From Iphione sp. A-MEVVRFRX5 (Eukaryota): 64,000 nt of DNA. A model generated the notes under the pieces. The model was not told where the DNA came from. It saw nothing but the letters and a program-made list of their open reading frames with translations, and searched no databases. Position numbers and translations under genes: made by a program. The DNA lies in assembly GCA_976226885.1 (NCBI GenBank), contig OZ320318.1, positions 17,360,001 to 17,424,000 of the forward strand, read 5' to 3'. Shown here piece by piece: positions 1 through 13,600 of this stretch (position 1 is the stretch's first letter; every line of letters begins with the position of its first letter).

Positions 1-1499
1 CCTTGTCTGATAGGAAATCATTCAGAAGGATTATTTCTTCTTTCACTTCAGCACTGACGACTGGAGCCTCATGAGTCTGTCCATTACCCTTGTATTCTCC
101 TGTTCCTTGTCCTATAGTCAGAATTACCTGACCTGTAATACTCATCAATAGAAGCCTCAGTTGGAACGAAATTTTCATCCCATGAAATGACTATTTTCCT
201 GTAGACCTGCTTTTAGGCATTTCTCAAGCTAGGCACGTTTATTTTGATAGTTTTCTACCATTCGGTACAAGGTACAGATCAATATTTTTACAAATACCAT
301 AAAAAGGTATCATTAGTAACATATATAGAGTATTCCCTATCTATATACATTTCCCTATCTAGATAATTACATGTTCTTCATTAATGACGAGGCAGTGTCA
401 CATAAAGCTTACACGTATTATGCCTGTTCGTTAATTATATCGCTTGGCTAGGTGCTAGCCAAAGCAAGATTTGTCTCACCTTGTAAGACCCTTGCATGCA
501 TATTGATTATATAAAATATTTATTACTATCCCTACCCATAAAATTACGGCAACTCTGTCCCTGGTAAAAGAAGTCGTGTCAGCCCTTTGTTTATCCTGTA
601 ACAAGCTTAACAAATAACATATCAAAATGTGCTAAGCCAGCTTGACCCTTTGTTGGTCTCATGCTTGCAGAATATCATCGACAAAATTAATATCTATTAG
701 CGCTGCTCATTGATGTGCAATAGAACCGGGTTTAGAATATCATGAATGGTTTTCATGATTTCTTCCAAGGTTTAATGTCCTTTCCACTGACTGTTTCAAG
801 AGTTAGCAATATTCTCAGAATCATTAAAAAACACTGTCCCTTGACCACTACACGTATCCTCTAAATAGCTTTAGTCACGGAGGTGCCACTACCATTCAGT
901 CCTTGGGGGTGTCTCAGCAGACGATTATGGCCCAGGGTATGTGGAAGTCCACCCCCACATATCTGGCATACACTTCCTAGAATATTGCTTCACAAGATGC
1001 AGTGGTCTGTTTCATGCAGTTGGCTGATTAAGTTTGGTTTGGTATCTTGCTGTGTGTGTAGCATTGTTATCCTCCCAGATCTCACCCAGCACATTATTTG
1101 AACACAGTTGCATCTATTGGGCCTCAGTTGGCCTATTGTTACTTCGATGTTAAAGAATCATTTGCTCTGTAATCTCATAGACAACGCCACCATAGAGGTG
1201 GCCTACCCTGCAACAAATCAGATATAAGACTACTGCTTCATATCTACTGCCAAATGTGTTTTCAATGAAATCATTTATCACTTTATCTGTTCTGTTTGCT
1301 AGAGATAACTGTCTTTGTAGACCTTATGTCTAAGAATAGTAACACTCCATACATGTGTCTGGCTTCTGTACTAAAAAAGATACTGTGTAGACATTCTGTC
1401 TAGATGGTTGCTAAAAAGAACCCCTGCAACCTTCTTATTGGTTGAACTGTTTTAACTACAATTCATTACATCAATGATGTTCAAACTGACATTGCTTTT

Positions 1500-2530
1500 G
1501 ATGTTCACATAATCCAGGTGCCCTCCATCTCCAGCACTAGGCAAGCCACAGCTGTTGCATCTGTCAGTGGTGGGCAATTTCAGGTGTTGTGTCAGGAATC
1601 ATACTAACTGTCATCACCTTGTTAATTATATTGTCTGAGTCCTTCACAATAATAGTGGTCAGAACTTGTGCTTTGCCTCTTTCAAAGAACCCTCTTTGAC
1701 TTAGAAAAATTTGTCATTGTTTCTTAAATCTTCACTTGGCTTTGTAGACATGTATGAGCTCACTTTATTTGAATAGACTAACCTTTGGCTGATATAAAGG
1801 ACAAACCTCTCTATACTTATTAATATCCATATGAAATTTCATCTTCCACTGCAAACAGACTTAAGGTATCTGAATATATACATTCACCTTACATTTATTT
1901 ATGCAACAGTATGTAAGGTATGTGAATATATACATTTATTTACCTTTTTCACTCCAACTTATATCAGGATGTGACACCTGGATATCCAGCATATTTTCAA
2001 TAGCCATAATGAAATCCATTCCAAGAAATAGAACTAGTGTTATTTTACCTTCATCACCTCTTTTGTTTGTTCAAAATCTATGATGATACATACATTAATG
2101 TCAGAGATATAAGCCTCAATTGTCTAAGAGAAAATAATATACTTCTGCATCCCATAGCTTATAACTTCAGATCATTCAATAGAACAAAAGCATAAAGTTA
2201 CCAATTGTGTAGAACTCAAAGGGAAGAGTAAACAAGCTCATTTAGCTCGATCACAATACTATAATACTATAACAATGCTTTTATATTTATTTGCAAGCTG
2301 TTGATAGTCTTTACCATTGTGCAAGCTGTTGCAACCTTGGCAATGGTATAATGTGACACATTACTTCAGGATATCTCTCTTTCTCTTGGTGAAAATTTGT
2401 ATGTTATATGTGTGGAAAACCTGAAGACACAAATTTCAGCTTAACTTAACTTAACTTAACTCAAGATTGGGCTTTATCCCTTCTGTTATACTTTTATTTA
2501 CACTGTAATTGACATACACATTTTGAATCT
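1500..2530 (-). repeat. Dispersed paralogous segment 'Y', copy 1 (decayed, possibly former coding sequence)
   Basis: Long colinear similarity to 12110-13200 and partly to 40280-41000 (e.g. shared gtatgagctca...gatataaaggaca.acctctctatacttatt; ccattgtgca.gctgttgcaa). All frames are interrupted; boundaries approximate. Confidence 0.75.
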
Positions 2531-3827
2531 AGTATTACCTAGGTGCTAGTTTTGACTATGACATATGCGGTGATAATGAATGATGATGTTAAGTTATCAA
2601 CTCCCCAGAATATCTCTAACATGGCCCCCTGGTATCAGAAAAACTGTACCGTTGTCATTGTGAGACTTGAAACACCCTTCTGTGTGGAGGCCTCATGCCC
2701 AAACACAATGTTGCTGGGTATGGCTCTAAGCTCAAACATGTACAACATTAAGGTGTTAAAAAATAAGGATCACATAAATAGGATTATGGAGAAATCCTGA
2801 TTATGTAACAAAGCAAATACCATTATGTCATTTTTGTTTACTTTATGGGTCTGATATAACATTTGTTTATTTGTTCATTTAGGAAATGTAATAGATGTTT
2901 ACTGTTAGGATCATACCAAGTATGTAATTTGATCTAGATGGTTCTCCCTCCCCTCCCATAGAGTTGAAGACACTAATTCATCTTCTACAAACCAAAACAC
3001 TCCTTTGTTTAGCACCCCTTTGATGGGGTGGGTAAATCATATATAAGAACCCTCCTCAGTGAGGTTCCACACATATAGACGCGCACACACATAGATGATA
3101 CATTCCACTATTTTTTTTACCAGATGTATTCTCCGAGATGCCCTTCTTAGTAAAGAGCATAGTTCAATTCGATATTTTAAATTGTTTTTGCTATGGCTGA
3201 GTCTGGAGAACATCAGGTGTCTGTACTAATCATTTTAGTGTCATACAATAATTCTTTCCTGTACTTTTTAGTAGTCTTGGAAAATACCACCACTATTGCC
3301 ACTTAGGAATATACATAAACCCCTCCAGCAAGCCACTGGGGTCATTCCCAAGCCAACACACTACATATCTTCAATGTTGTAGCTTGGTTAGGTTAGAAGA
3401 AGACCTTCACACAACATTGTATAAACATTAAATCACAACCTTCAGATAACATTACATAATTATGTACATGTCTACAAAATTGAAGTTTGGTTAGGTTAGA
3501 AAAGAGTTCTTATAAAACATAATTTTTTATTGGCTTAGGTGATATTATTGAAGTAATATTACAATGAGACAGACCTAGAATATTGCAATAAATCACAACC
3601 TTCAGATAATATCTTATAGTTGGGTGTCTACAACATTGTACTTTGCTTAAGTTAAAAAAAAATTATATATCATATAACTGTTCATTAGGCTAAATTATAA
3701 TATTTGAGTAATATTAGGATGAAACAAGCCTTAGATATTGTCGTTTGGTTAATGACGCCTCTAGAGTGTAGCTTGGTTACATTGGACAATGAAGATATAA
3801 GGAGTTTTCAACAACAGTTTATAAGAA

Positions 3828-3895
3828 GTCCAAATAGCTCAGTTGGATAGATGGTGGACTTCGGATTGAGAAAGTTGGTTCAAATCCCATGTTGA
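3828..3895 (+). mobile_element. tRNA-derived SINE head or tRNA pseudogene
   Basis: A-box-like TAGCTCAGTTGG at ~3835 and B-box-like GGTTCAAATCCC at ~3877 with tRNA-like spacing; no convincing full cloverleaf. Confidence 0.55.
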
Positions 3896-4290
3896 TGTGT
3901 AAAACATTTTAGTTTTGTCATGGTGTCAGAAAAGTTTTTTTCTGATGTTCCACTGCAATGTTTAAAAGACATTACCTTTTTATGTTGCTACAGTCTTATA
4001 CAATAACATTACTACAACAAAAACACAATGTTGCCAGAGTGTTGTGGCAACATTACATTGTTTCCTAGGTCATTCTACTGCTGTTGTCTAACCATACTCC
4101 CGCCATCCTCTGGCCATCCCCTCGCCATCTTTCCTTCTGCTCATGGTCTCCTGTGTTCTACCCTTGCCTGCCTGCCATCTACATTTGTGCTCCTACCTTC
4201 TTCCTGTGGTCTCCTGCCTTCTACCCCTGCATACCTTCTACCCAGCCTGCCGTCTATATTTGCACTCCTACCTTCTGCTCTTGTTTCACT

Positions 4291-5808
4291 ATGTCTAAGA
4301 GATATGATCTTAGCCTTCGAGACAAGGTCAAACTAATCAAGTCAAGGGAGGACCCAGAGACAGTTGGCAGATGAATTCAACATAGAGAAGAGTCAAGTCC
4401 ATAATATCCTGAAGAGGAAGGCTGCCATCCTGGATGACTATGACAAGTTGTTCAATCCTGCGGCAAAGAGGAGGAACCTGACCACTGCTGATGGCAACCA
4501 TGTTTTTATAGTTCACCAAGTTCAGGGGAATGAATGTACCTGTCTCTGGCCCAGTGATCAGAGAGAAGGGCCTGGAAGTCAGCAAACAGCTGGAGATGAA
4601 AGACTTCACTGCTTCTGGGGGCTGTCCCTACAGATTCAAGAAAAGACACTGCATCAGTGGGATGAAGATCAGTGGTGAAAGGGCCAGTGTCCCAGAGGCA
4701 GATCCAGAGGATTGGCAAGATAGGCTGCCTCCCTCTTTGAGGGCTACAAGGAGGAGGACATATTTAATTGATTTTCTTCCATGTGCTCCCTAACAGGACT
4801 CTGGCAGTCAACGAATTAGATGTTGCTGGGGACAAGAGATCCAAGGAAAGATTGACACTGATGCTGAGTGTGTCCATTTTAGAAGGCCATGGTGATTGGC
4901 AAGGCTGCCAAACCAAGGGCCTCCAGGAACCTCGATCTCAAGGGGCTTTCTGTGACCTGGAAGTCCAACAAGACCGCCTGGATGGTCACCTCCATGTTTG
5001 AGGAGTGACTCCAGGCCGTCAACAGGAGGATGGCAGCCCGGAGGGGAAGGTGGCATTACTCCTGGATAATGCCCCTTCCCACCCTGACATCAAGCTCTCC
5101 CATGTGAAGCTCATCTTCTTGCCATCAAACTACAAATCAATCCTACAGCCCGTGGATCAGGGGATCATCAGGAGTGTTAAGAGCCATTACACCAAGAGGT
5201 TCTTGAGGCATGTCCTGACAAAGGTTGCCTGTGGCATGGATGCCTTGGCCATCATGAGCATTGTTGATGCATACATGGCTGTGACATGGCTGAGGGCAGC
5301 AGTGAAGACAGTGGAAGCCTCCACCATCACCAAGTGCTTCAACAAGGCTGGAGTGCATGTTAATGATGCAGCAGATCTTAAGGATCCCATCTCTGAGGAG
5401 AAAGATGAGGATGATCTCCCCCTGGCTGAGCTAATCAGGAGGACTCACCAGGGACTGAAGTTGCCTGGATCCCCCCTAACCCAGGAGGAGTATGAATCCC
5501 TGAGTGAGTCCCCTTCACATGATCCAATGAACAAGACATGGGAGGAAAGCCTTATGGAGGAGGCCAAGGGGAGAGCAGGTGTAGGGAGGTGGATGATGAA
5601 GAAGAAGAAAAACAAGAGCAAGAGTAAACCAGCAAACACATATGCCCATGTGATGAAAATGATTGAAAATGTCAGGGTTTACTGCCTGAAAAAGGGCATT
5701 GTCCCTGCCCTGAGTCCTGCCATGGAACTAATGTTTGTCATTGAGAAGAACTATTCACAGAAATCTACAGTGCAAACAAGCATCGGCCAGTTCTTCACCA
5801 GGAAATGA
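4291..5808 (+). pseudogene. Tigger/pogo-family (CENP-B-like) DDE transposase, frameshifted
   Basis: Pieces across frames: MSKRYDLSLRDKVKLI / EFNIEKSQVHNILKRK (HTH-psq), NVPVSGPVIREKGLEVSKQLEMKDFTASGG..YRFKKRH (CENP-B HTH), DKRSKERLTLML, KVALLLDNAPSHP...LIFLPSNYKSILQPVDQGIIRSVKSHY (DDE_1). Terminal inverted repeats not confidently found. Confidence 0.9.
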
Positions 5809-6519
5809 TTAGGAACACTGTACATAGATGTATTTATTATTTATTTATCTCTTCTTTGTGATTTTATTGTGTGTTTATTATTCTATTGTTTGAATCTCAA
5901 TTACCCAGGCAATCTATAAAGGCTTTATATAATTTAAAGAATAAATGTTAACTTCATTTAAATGTTCACTTCATTTTCTCTTCTACTATGTGTTATTTAC
6001 CATTTATTATCATTTGGGATCAATTGGTAATCAGTTGGAAGCACAGAAGACAAATGCTTCACAGTGAAGACCACCTCTCAGTAGAGAATAAAATTGTTTA
6101 GTCCAAAGCTTGGTCTCCTTAGAGAGGCTATACAGTATATCTAAAGGTTATATTGTACTCATACTACTCTTGATCTATGCTGCGATGGCTCAGGACACTA
6201 CATCATGTGTTCTCTTCAGAAATAAATGTGTTCTCTTCAAAAATAAAACTTCAGAAATAAATTTAGAATGCACACTCCTCATTTTACCTCATCCTTCTTA
6301 AGAGACGTCAGTACATACACAACCTATCTGTCATTACACTCCTGAAGCTAAAAACAAAACAGATCCAGCTACATAAGCGGACCCCAGGCCCACTGTGCAG
6401 AGCAACTACTGATGCAGAGAAGAAGGGCTATCTGTCGATTCAAACAGCCATATGTGATAGTAGTGTGATGGGCACTCCCAGGCTCAGTGGCTTGGCAAAT
6501 TTAAGAATGAGTATAAGTA

Positions 6520-6760
6520 TTATACAAATTGATGTTGGGTCTCAGTGAAATACTATGAAATAAAGAGAGTTTCTGAAATTCATTAGCATAATTCTGGTAC
6601 GAACCTTTTGGAGTCAGCGTCAATATCCTTGACCTAATTTTGATGATGACGCCATTGTATTTTCCCGCCTTGGGTTTACTAGATGAAAACTTTTCAAATG
6701 TGAATTGTTTGGGAATTGAACCTGCATCTGTCACATGTTTTAGTTTATGGAGACTTTTGT
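6520..6760 (-). repeat. Dispersed paralogous segment 'X', copy 1 (copy 2 at 13255-13500)
   Basis: Shared attgtattttcccgcc.tggg.tta c.agatg and flanks. The minus-strand translation has LRR-like spacing (FQKLSLFHSISLRPNI). Confidence 0.6.
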
Positions 6761-6800
6761 GGTTTGCATATCTCATTGGCAGTAGACTGTCATTCACATA

Positions 6801-6977
6801 CAGCAGACTCTCACCCTGTGACCAGCTGCCTTAGGCGGCCATTCGCCTAAGGAGACCACTTTTGTTCAGAACCACCTATTCCTTTGTACATTTATAACCA
6901 ATGCCTTAGGCGGCCATTTGCCTAGGCGACCACTTTTCCTCAGTCCCCTGGGTGGTCACCTAAGGCAGAGGTAATTG
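6801..6977. mobile_element. Tigger/pogo-type MITE
   Basis: TA-flanked, starts CAGCAGACTCTC, ends AGTCCCCTGGGTGGTCACCTAAGGCAGAGGTAATTG. Internal duplicated unit GCCTTAGGCGGCCATT.GCCTA.G..GACCACTTT, typical of Tigger-like non-autonomous elements. Confidence 0.6.
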
Positions 6978-9369
6978 TATAATGATGGCAGTGATGAAAT
7001 AGAAAACTCTTTTTTCAAGAGAAAAACCAATGGGTAGGAGTAGGGGGAACTCTGGCAATGAGTGAGTGGGGCACCCTCTCCTGTCAGAGTCAGAGTGCCT
7101 CCCCCTGAGCGAGGGGGTCCCCAAAACTTTTGGCTGGCTTGGTGGGGGCCCCCTTTAGGGGTCCAATGAGCCAGTGCCCCTGTGATTAGCAGCGCATCAA
7201 ATAGGAAAGTGCATCATTCCCCTGTGTGATTGAGATACATATAGAAGGATTTGATTATTATGTCTGATATATCATGAGGTGTTTTTTGTAGCATAAGGTT
7301 TTGTGTTGTTGATAGATAGAGAGAGGTCAGGGGTTATCAGGTCATGTGAGTGTGAATCCTATGATACATATACAGTATTGTTTTATGGCCTTTCAGAAAG
7401 TCTTTTACAATATTGAGCCAGAGTTTTAGGTGTCCAAACAATTGTGCTTTCGGCAGTGGAGGCTGTGGCATTAAACACATTTTGTTGTTTGTTTCCGATG
7501 TCTGCTGATGGAAAATTAGCTTTGTGTTTGAAGAGTTTGTCTGGTAAATTCATGAGCATGATTTCCAAACGGGATAATGGAAACTGTGTATAATCATTTG
7601 AATATACACATGGTGCCACTGATATAATATGGTTTAAATAGTGAAATATACAGTGGTGAGATTGCATTGGTCATTTGGTGGCATAAGTGTTTTTAGGTAG
7701 GGTGGGTTCCTAATGAAAATATTTTACTTTTTCACTTTTGTTATTGCTGTGGTAGTTGCTTCTTATAAGATGGTAACTTCTTTCATACCCCAAGGTCAGT
7801 TAGAAATAAGTTCATGAGATTGACACAGATCTGACTCTTGAGTATTCCAGAACAGCATGAACTGCCGCAACTAGACCTTTCAACATGCGAAAGATATTTA
7901 GTTGCCACCTCCTAACTGGGATAGGTGGTCTCCAACACAGAAATATTTGGCCTCTCTATCTGTGGCTACAGTGAAAGTGCTGTGCATTGGTGCCATCAAG
8001 GCAGGAGATCGACTGGGCCCTCTCCACAACCATCCATATTTACTTCTACCTTGGGCAAGAGGGCCTACGTTTCCTCATTGGTGGCCACAACATGAAGAAG
8101 AGCTACGACACCATAACATAACTGTGGCCAAAATTTATACCTTGTGGACACAAGCAACCTGTCTAACTGTATCACATCCTAATCTTGAAGGAAAATTAGT
8201 GCTGACACATGCATTTCAATGACAGCAATGGGGAACAATCCAGTCATGCCTTCACACCCATTCTGATGCTATCATCCTTACTTTGACCCTGAGGCAATGG
8301 CCTCATATGGAATGAGAACAGGTACCTAATGTCTCACGTATGGTTTCATGCCTAATGTTATTTTTTATTAGTCTGATGCTTCTCAAAAGATTGAATCCAT
8401 TTCAGCCTAATGCCATCCTTGATTATAAACTTATATTATGCTGTTTTTGACTGAACTTAACCTTATCAAAGGAGCTGTGATATGTGAAAATGGACATTAT
8501 TTTGAATTTCAGTTTTGACACTCTGTTAACAACGGAGTGCTGTTAAGACTGATTCATTTCATACTTATTATTTTTTTGTGTTGCTCGATGTATTGTATTG
8601 ATAACTTGTACTTGTTTGATTGTATTTTTCATTACTCTCTTATCTCGGATCAAAAGGGGACACTATTTTGAATTTCCTTTCGATGCTGTGTCCTGTAGTT
8701 ACAAGATGATGATCTGTAAAAACATAAATTTAATTTTATCTTGATTACCAGTATACCATCATGGGGATGCTGGTCTTTTCAGTTAAATCAGAATACTTAA
8801 CTAACTGCAGGAAAGAAATAAAAATCATCCCAATTTTGTCATACATATGACTTACCTTTCAGTACTAGCCTTTGATAGAATTTCAGAGAGAGCACTACCT
8901 TGTGAGTAAGGACCCTGAATAGCCCAGGAAAACCTTTATTTCTCAAGGGAAATATATCTCAAATCGGGAAATCTTTCATAAAATTAAGAGAAAACTTATA
9001 ATCCAACCTAATTATAAGTAATTTATTCATAAAAAGAATTACTCCCTTCTTAAAGAAGCGGAGAATGTAGTGTGTGCATGAATCCATGTGGTAGCATTCC
9101 ATTTGACAGTCGTCTGTTTGGAGCTATCCACACTTAGGGATCCTTTTGAACCTTGAAACAGATGGCACTGTGCGTAACCTACTGTGTAGTTGGTAACTGC
9201 AACATATGTGTCTATGGTGCAATAAGAGTCTGTAGCTAAATGTGGCACATTGTATGTAATGATTGTATAAACCACTCTGGTGCAGACATATATCTGGAGA
9301 CTGTATTTATTTTTAGCAGCTATTATGTAACAATGGAGTATATGTATAATTTTCAGTGTCTTTTTTAAT

Positions 9370-9520
9370 AAAGAGACCCTTTCTCTTTGCACTTGTGAGA
9401 GAGATCACCCATGCATAACCCTTTTTGTGTATTTGAAGTATACCAGCTTCTTTATTTTGTCATTTGTTCAAATCTACTAACTGCCAATGCTCTGCTAGAC
9501 TAAGACACGTTACAATACAT
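9370..9520. repeat. Dispersed paralogous segment 'Z', copy 1 (copy 2 at 26355-26510)
   Basis: Shared ctttattttgtcatttgttca..tc.actaactgcca.tgct.tgctagactaagacac.ttaca. Confidence 0.75.
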
Positions 9521-10689
9521 ATCTCAGTTTGAAATGCTCTTAGTTACTTACTGCATTGTTTATCAATTCCTCAAGTCTGGAACTAACAGCCGACTGATTC
9601 AATAAACCTTCAGATGTCACACAACAGACAGAAATGGCTCTTCCTCTTGGCTAAGAACTACATAATATAGAGCTTGAGTGTATTTAGCTTCTTGCTAGGC
9701 TATTAATAGTTCTATAGAAGCACGCACATATGCCTTAAGCAAAGAAGAGAGATCTGTTTAATTTCTATCAGTTTAGCTGTTTAGCTCCCTCCTCTACCTC
9801 AAAAATCACATCTGTTTGGGTGCACACATACTCCCTCCCTCAGCTCCCTTGTATTTCTTTCAACTCATTACCATAGACAGCTTGTTGCTCAAACATTGGT
9901 TCAACTTGGATGCATGTTTACGGCGTCAGGTACCTCAGATTTTCAGATTCAGATTCATCATCTCTGTGCCCAGAGCTTTCCATGATAAATCAGTCGATTT
10001 AAGAAATTATGATTTTAAAAGAATGTTGATTAATAAAGATGCACATGTTCATATAAAAACAAGTAATAGTGTTGTCTCTGTCAAAAAGCATGGTATGAGA
10101 GTAGTGCTTTGAAGTAGGATTCTCCTGCCATCATAAAATACTAGATTTTATTGATACTACAATATATTACATCCTTAAACTACAAATAGTCACTCTAATC
10201 ATATGTCAAAAATATTCTGTTGGTCCTGATTACATGAAATGGCAAAATCTTATCTGCATAACCCGCCAACACTTTAATCCGGTTGTTACCATCATTTAAG
10301 TATACAACAGTACAGGTAAAACATTTCCTATATAGATTTGCATACCTCGGATACAACAGTCAAATTAAGGACCTAACTTCCTTGGTCAAGCCAGGATAAA
10401 ATCCATGTGACATGAAATGCAAATATTGACGTTCAAATAAAGCAGTTAATTCAGACTCTTGTCTTCTGCTAATGAGGCTGGAGGGAAAGATCTGTACATC
10501 ATCTCTGGAACCAGGTAACCAGCATTCCATGTTCTAAAATGCAATAAACACACATAGGGTACTCTTTCCAGAAGACAAGTCCAATAACATTTATTACAGG
10601 AACAGTCCATACAACCAAATACTGCAAGTAAATGCACAGAACTCACAATTGAGAATTAACTACTATATATATATACTTCTATATATTAA

Positions 10690-11935
10690 TAACCTTTACT
10701 CCGCCAGATACGTCCATATCTCAGTATGATTCTGGCTTGTACCCGCCATCAAGGAGGAAGTCATTATTAATATCGATCACCCCATCAACATCTCTGGTGA
10801 GAGGACAGTCAGGCCTTAGGGGAGACAGGCCATACTTAGCATCTGTGTACTCACATAGTCTGTTATGAATGACAACTGAGGCATCCAGTAAGATCTGCTC
10901 ACTTTCCTCATCAAAATCAGGCACCATCTGCTTTAGATCCATGGAAGGCAATGTTTTGCACCATAGCCTTCACGGCCCATAATTAGAAAGGCTTGACAAT
11001 CAATCAGCTTTGTTAGATACAACTAAAATGCCCAGGGACTCCTTCTGCGGACTGCGCATGGACCGTTCTCTTTAACCACCAGATCCGTTGATCATAGCTC
11101 TTCCAATCATGATAAAGTTTATGCCTCATCAAATTACAATATGTCACCCTTCAAACCAAGATAGCATGAAATGTAACAGGTGGCCAGATGCCCAGCCGCA
11201 TTCTCACCACAGCTGGGATCGAACGCTTATCACAGAGCAGCATGATGCTGGTCCGACACTGGTCACCCTGTCTTTGTTCATTACACAAACAGAAATCTGA
11301 GCAGGAAGCAACACTTAGGCAACACATGATCAAGCCAATCAAAATATCTAAACAAGAATTATTGCAGAGAATCTCTGATGCGCATTAAAATATTCCTGCC
11401 AGCCGCTTGCCCCCCACTATTCTTTTTCGAGTGCAAGGTATAAGTATCCCTCACCTCCAATGAGAGAAGGTGCGTTTTCATCACTGTGTCAATGCACCTT
11501 GTCACCTCCTACCTCCACGCTCGCAGTGTCTCATTCTTCTCCTTCAGGTTAGTCATTTCCCTCCTTAGAGTCTGCATCTCACTGTCATGTTTTTCTTTCA
11601 GCAATTGTAGCTCAACCATGACAGTTTCAACCATCCGCCTCACATTATCATGTGCGTTGCGGCGTTGACAGTTGACAGAAGACTCTCCTTTGTCGATATT
11701 TCCTGCCGTCCCGCAGCACTCTGAAATATCATCTTCTTCACCATCCGGTCCTTATAAATCTTCGCTTCCAGGCTTTGAATGTTAGTTCTCCAATTTAGTA
11801 ATCGAACGAAGTACAAGAGTATCTCCCCATGCAGTACCCTTGTGACTTGTTTGCGATCTCATGCTTCTTTTAACGTGGTATCGCCTGAACTCGGGGAGTG
11901 TTCAAAGCATGTTCTACTCAGCAGCCGCCATTAGT
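10690..11935 (-). mobile_element. Element D: internally deleted, 3'-truncated member of the NADAR/SGNH LINE family
   Basis: 5' motif TAATGGCGGCTGCTGAGTAG at ~11935-11915. Coiled-coil remnant MVETVMVELQLLKEKHDSEMQTLRREMTNLKEKNE. NADAR C-terminal tail GGQAAGRNILMRIRDSLQ* (11359-11420). ORF2 homologue at 11260-10721. No EN-RT seen downstream. Confidence 0.75.
10721..11260 (-). pseudogene. Element D ORF2: degenerate SGNH-fold protein (stops and frameshift)
   Basis: IMLLCDKRS..PPVTFHAILV*RVTY..HKLYHDWKSYD aligns with A (VLLVCDYRT..PPMLLYAIMVKRAMY) and B. EESEQILLDASVVIHN..LSPLRPDCPL..DG..NNDFLLDGGYKP aligns with A (EEDQVRLDAQVMIHN..LAPIYLDHPV..DG..NHDYLEEDGMTP). Confidence 0.8.
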
Positions 11936-12109
11936 GATTTTGTTTGAACTCATTAGCATAGACAACATACTGATTTGTGCCCAATTATATACTACTGAAA
12001 TTTCAGTTCTTTTAGTATTTTGACTGTTTCTTGTAGCATCACTTTAATCACAATATAATTGCATCAATGAGGATCAAATTTACATTAAGGATGCTGTTTA
12101 TATGTTTCA

Positions 12110-13200
12110 TATGCCCTCCATTCCCAGCCATAGGTGAGCCACACTTGTTGCATCCATCAATGGTGAGTGAGTTCAGGTGTTGCCATACCATTTCGGGAGT
12201 CATACTAACTGCCACCTCCTCATCTGTGAACTTCTCTGAGTCTTTCACAACTTGTAGTGGTTGGATGTTGTGTTTTACCTATTTCCAAGAAATCTTTTGA
12301 CTTTGAGCTATTCATCATTGTTTTGAAAAGTTTCTGATGTTTAAATGTGCACCTGTTACTTAAGTTTTTACCTGGTTTCTAGAACTCACTTAGGATATGT
12401 ATGAGCTCATTTCATTTGAATAGATTGACCTTTGAATGATATAAAGGACATACCTCTCTATACTTATTGATATCTATATAAATATGCATCTTTGACTGCA
12501 AACAAACCATAACACCTTTACATTCATTCATGTAACACTATGTAAGGTATGTGAATATAAACATTAATTTACCTATTTTACTCTAAATTATATCAGGATG
12601 TGACACCTAGATATCCAACAAATTTTTAATAGCCATATTCAAATCCTTTCCAAGTAATATACATCTATTGTTATTGTACCTTCATCAGGTCTTTCCTTTG
12701 TTCAAGATCTATAATGATACATACATTACTGTCAGAGATATAAGCCTGAACCTTTTAAGAGAAAATAATATACTTTAACAGCCCATAGCTTATACCTTCA
12801 GATCCCTCAATAGAACAAAGGCATAAAATTAGCGATTGTGAACACCTCAAAGGGAAAAGTGAACAAGCTCCTTCAGCTAGATCACAAAACTATAATACTA
12901 TGCAAATGCTTATACATTTATGTGCAAACTGTTGTCAGTTTTTACCATTGTGCAGGCTGTTGCAACCTTAGCAATGGTATAATAAGCCACTTTCTTTCAG
13001 GATATCTCTCTTTCTCCTTGGTAAACAAGCATTTGGACATTATATGTGTGGAAAATCTGAAGATACAAATTTCAGCTACAACTACTTTACAGTTAGTCAA
13101 GGTTCGTCTTTTTGCTTTCTATTATACTTTATTTACACTGGAAAAGACATATACGAACATGCAGATATATTTTGAATCCAGTATCACCTAAGTACTAGCT
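12110..13200 (-). repeat. Dispersed paralogous segment 'Y', copy 2 (directly followed by X copy 2 at 13255-13500)
   Basis: Colinear similarity to 1500-2530 over about 1 kb. Confidence 0.75.
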
Positions 13201-13504
13201 ACCTACAGTTCATATGATGAGTATAAGTTGATGAGTATAGGTTTTATACAAGTTGATTTGGGGTGTTACAGAAATAATATGAAATAAGGAGAATTTCTCA
13301 AATTCATTTATTTGCCTCTGATACAAACCAGAAATGGACTTTTAGACCCAACTTCAATGTCTTTGACCAAGTTTTGATGGTGATCTCATTGTATTTTCCC
13401 GCCATGGGGTTACCAGATGGTTTTTTTTTCAAATGTAGATTATTTGGAGATTTAAACCTGGATCTTTCACTTGTTCAAGTTAATGAAGACCTTTCTGGTC
13501 TTGG

Positions 13505-13600
13505 AGAGCTAGCACCAGTGGGGAAGTGAATCCCACACCTTCTGGCATGAGAGGCCAACACCTTACCATCTAGGCTAAAACAGAAATGCCCCTGGCCAAG
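13505..13600 (-). mobile_element. tRNA-derived SINE head (degenerate)
   Basis: Minus strand reads TAGCCTAGATGGTAAGG (A-box-like) followed about 30 nt later by a degenerate B box (GGGATTCACTTCCCC). Confidence 0.4.

Noticed and set aside
1740-2250. Segment Y as a rhodopsin GPCR, galactosyltransferase or fucosyltransferase pseudogene
   Set aside because: Short motif resemblances (ISIERF, KIYDDTYINV, FIMAIEN) fall in different frames or strands and are not consistently preserved in the other copies.
7383-8222. ORFs 7383-7667 (minus) and 7902-8222 (plus)
   Set aside because: No recognisable motifs; likely decayed repeat-derived sequence.
10372-10401. Twister-ribozyme-like string TAAC...GGTCAAGCCAGGATAAAA
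   Set aside because: It lacks the downstream GAGGG/pseudoknot partners and a closing P1 stem; probably chance.
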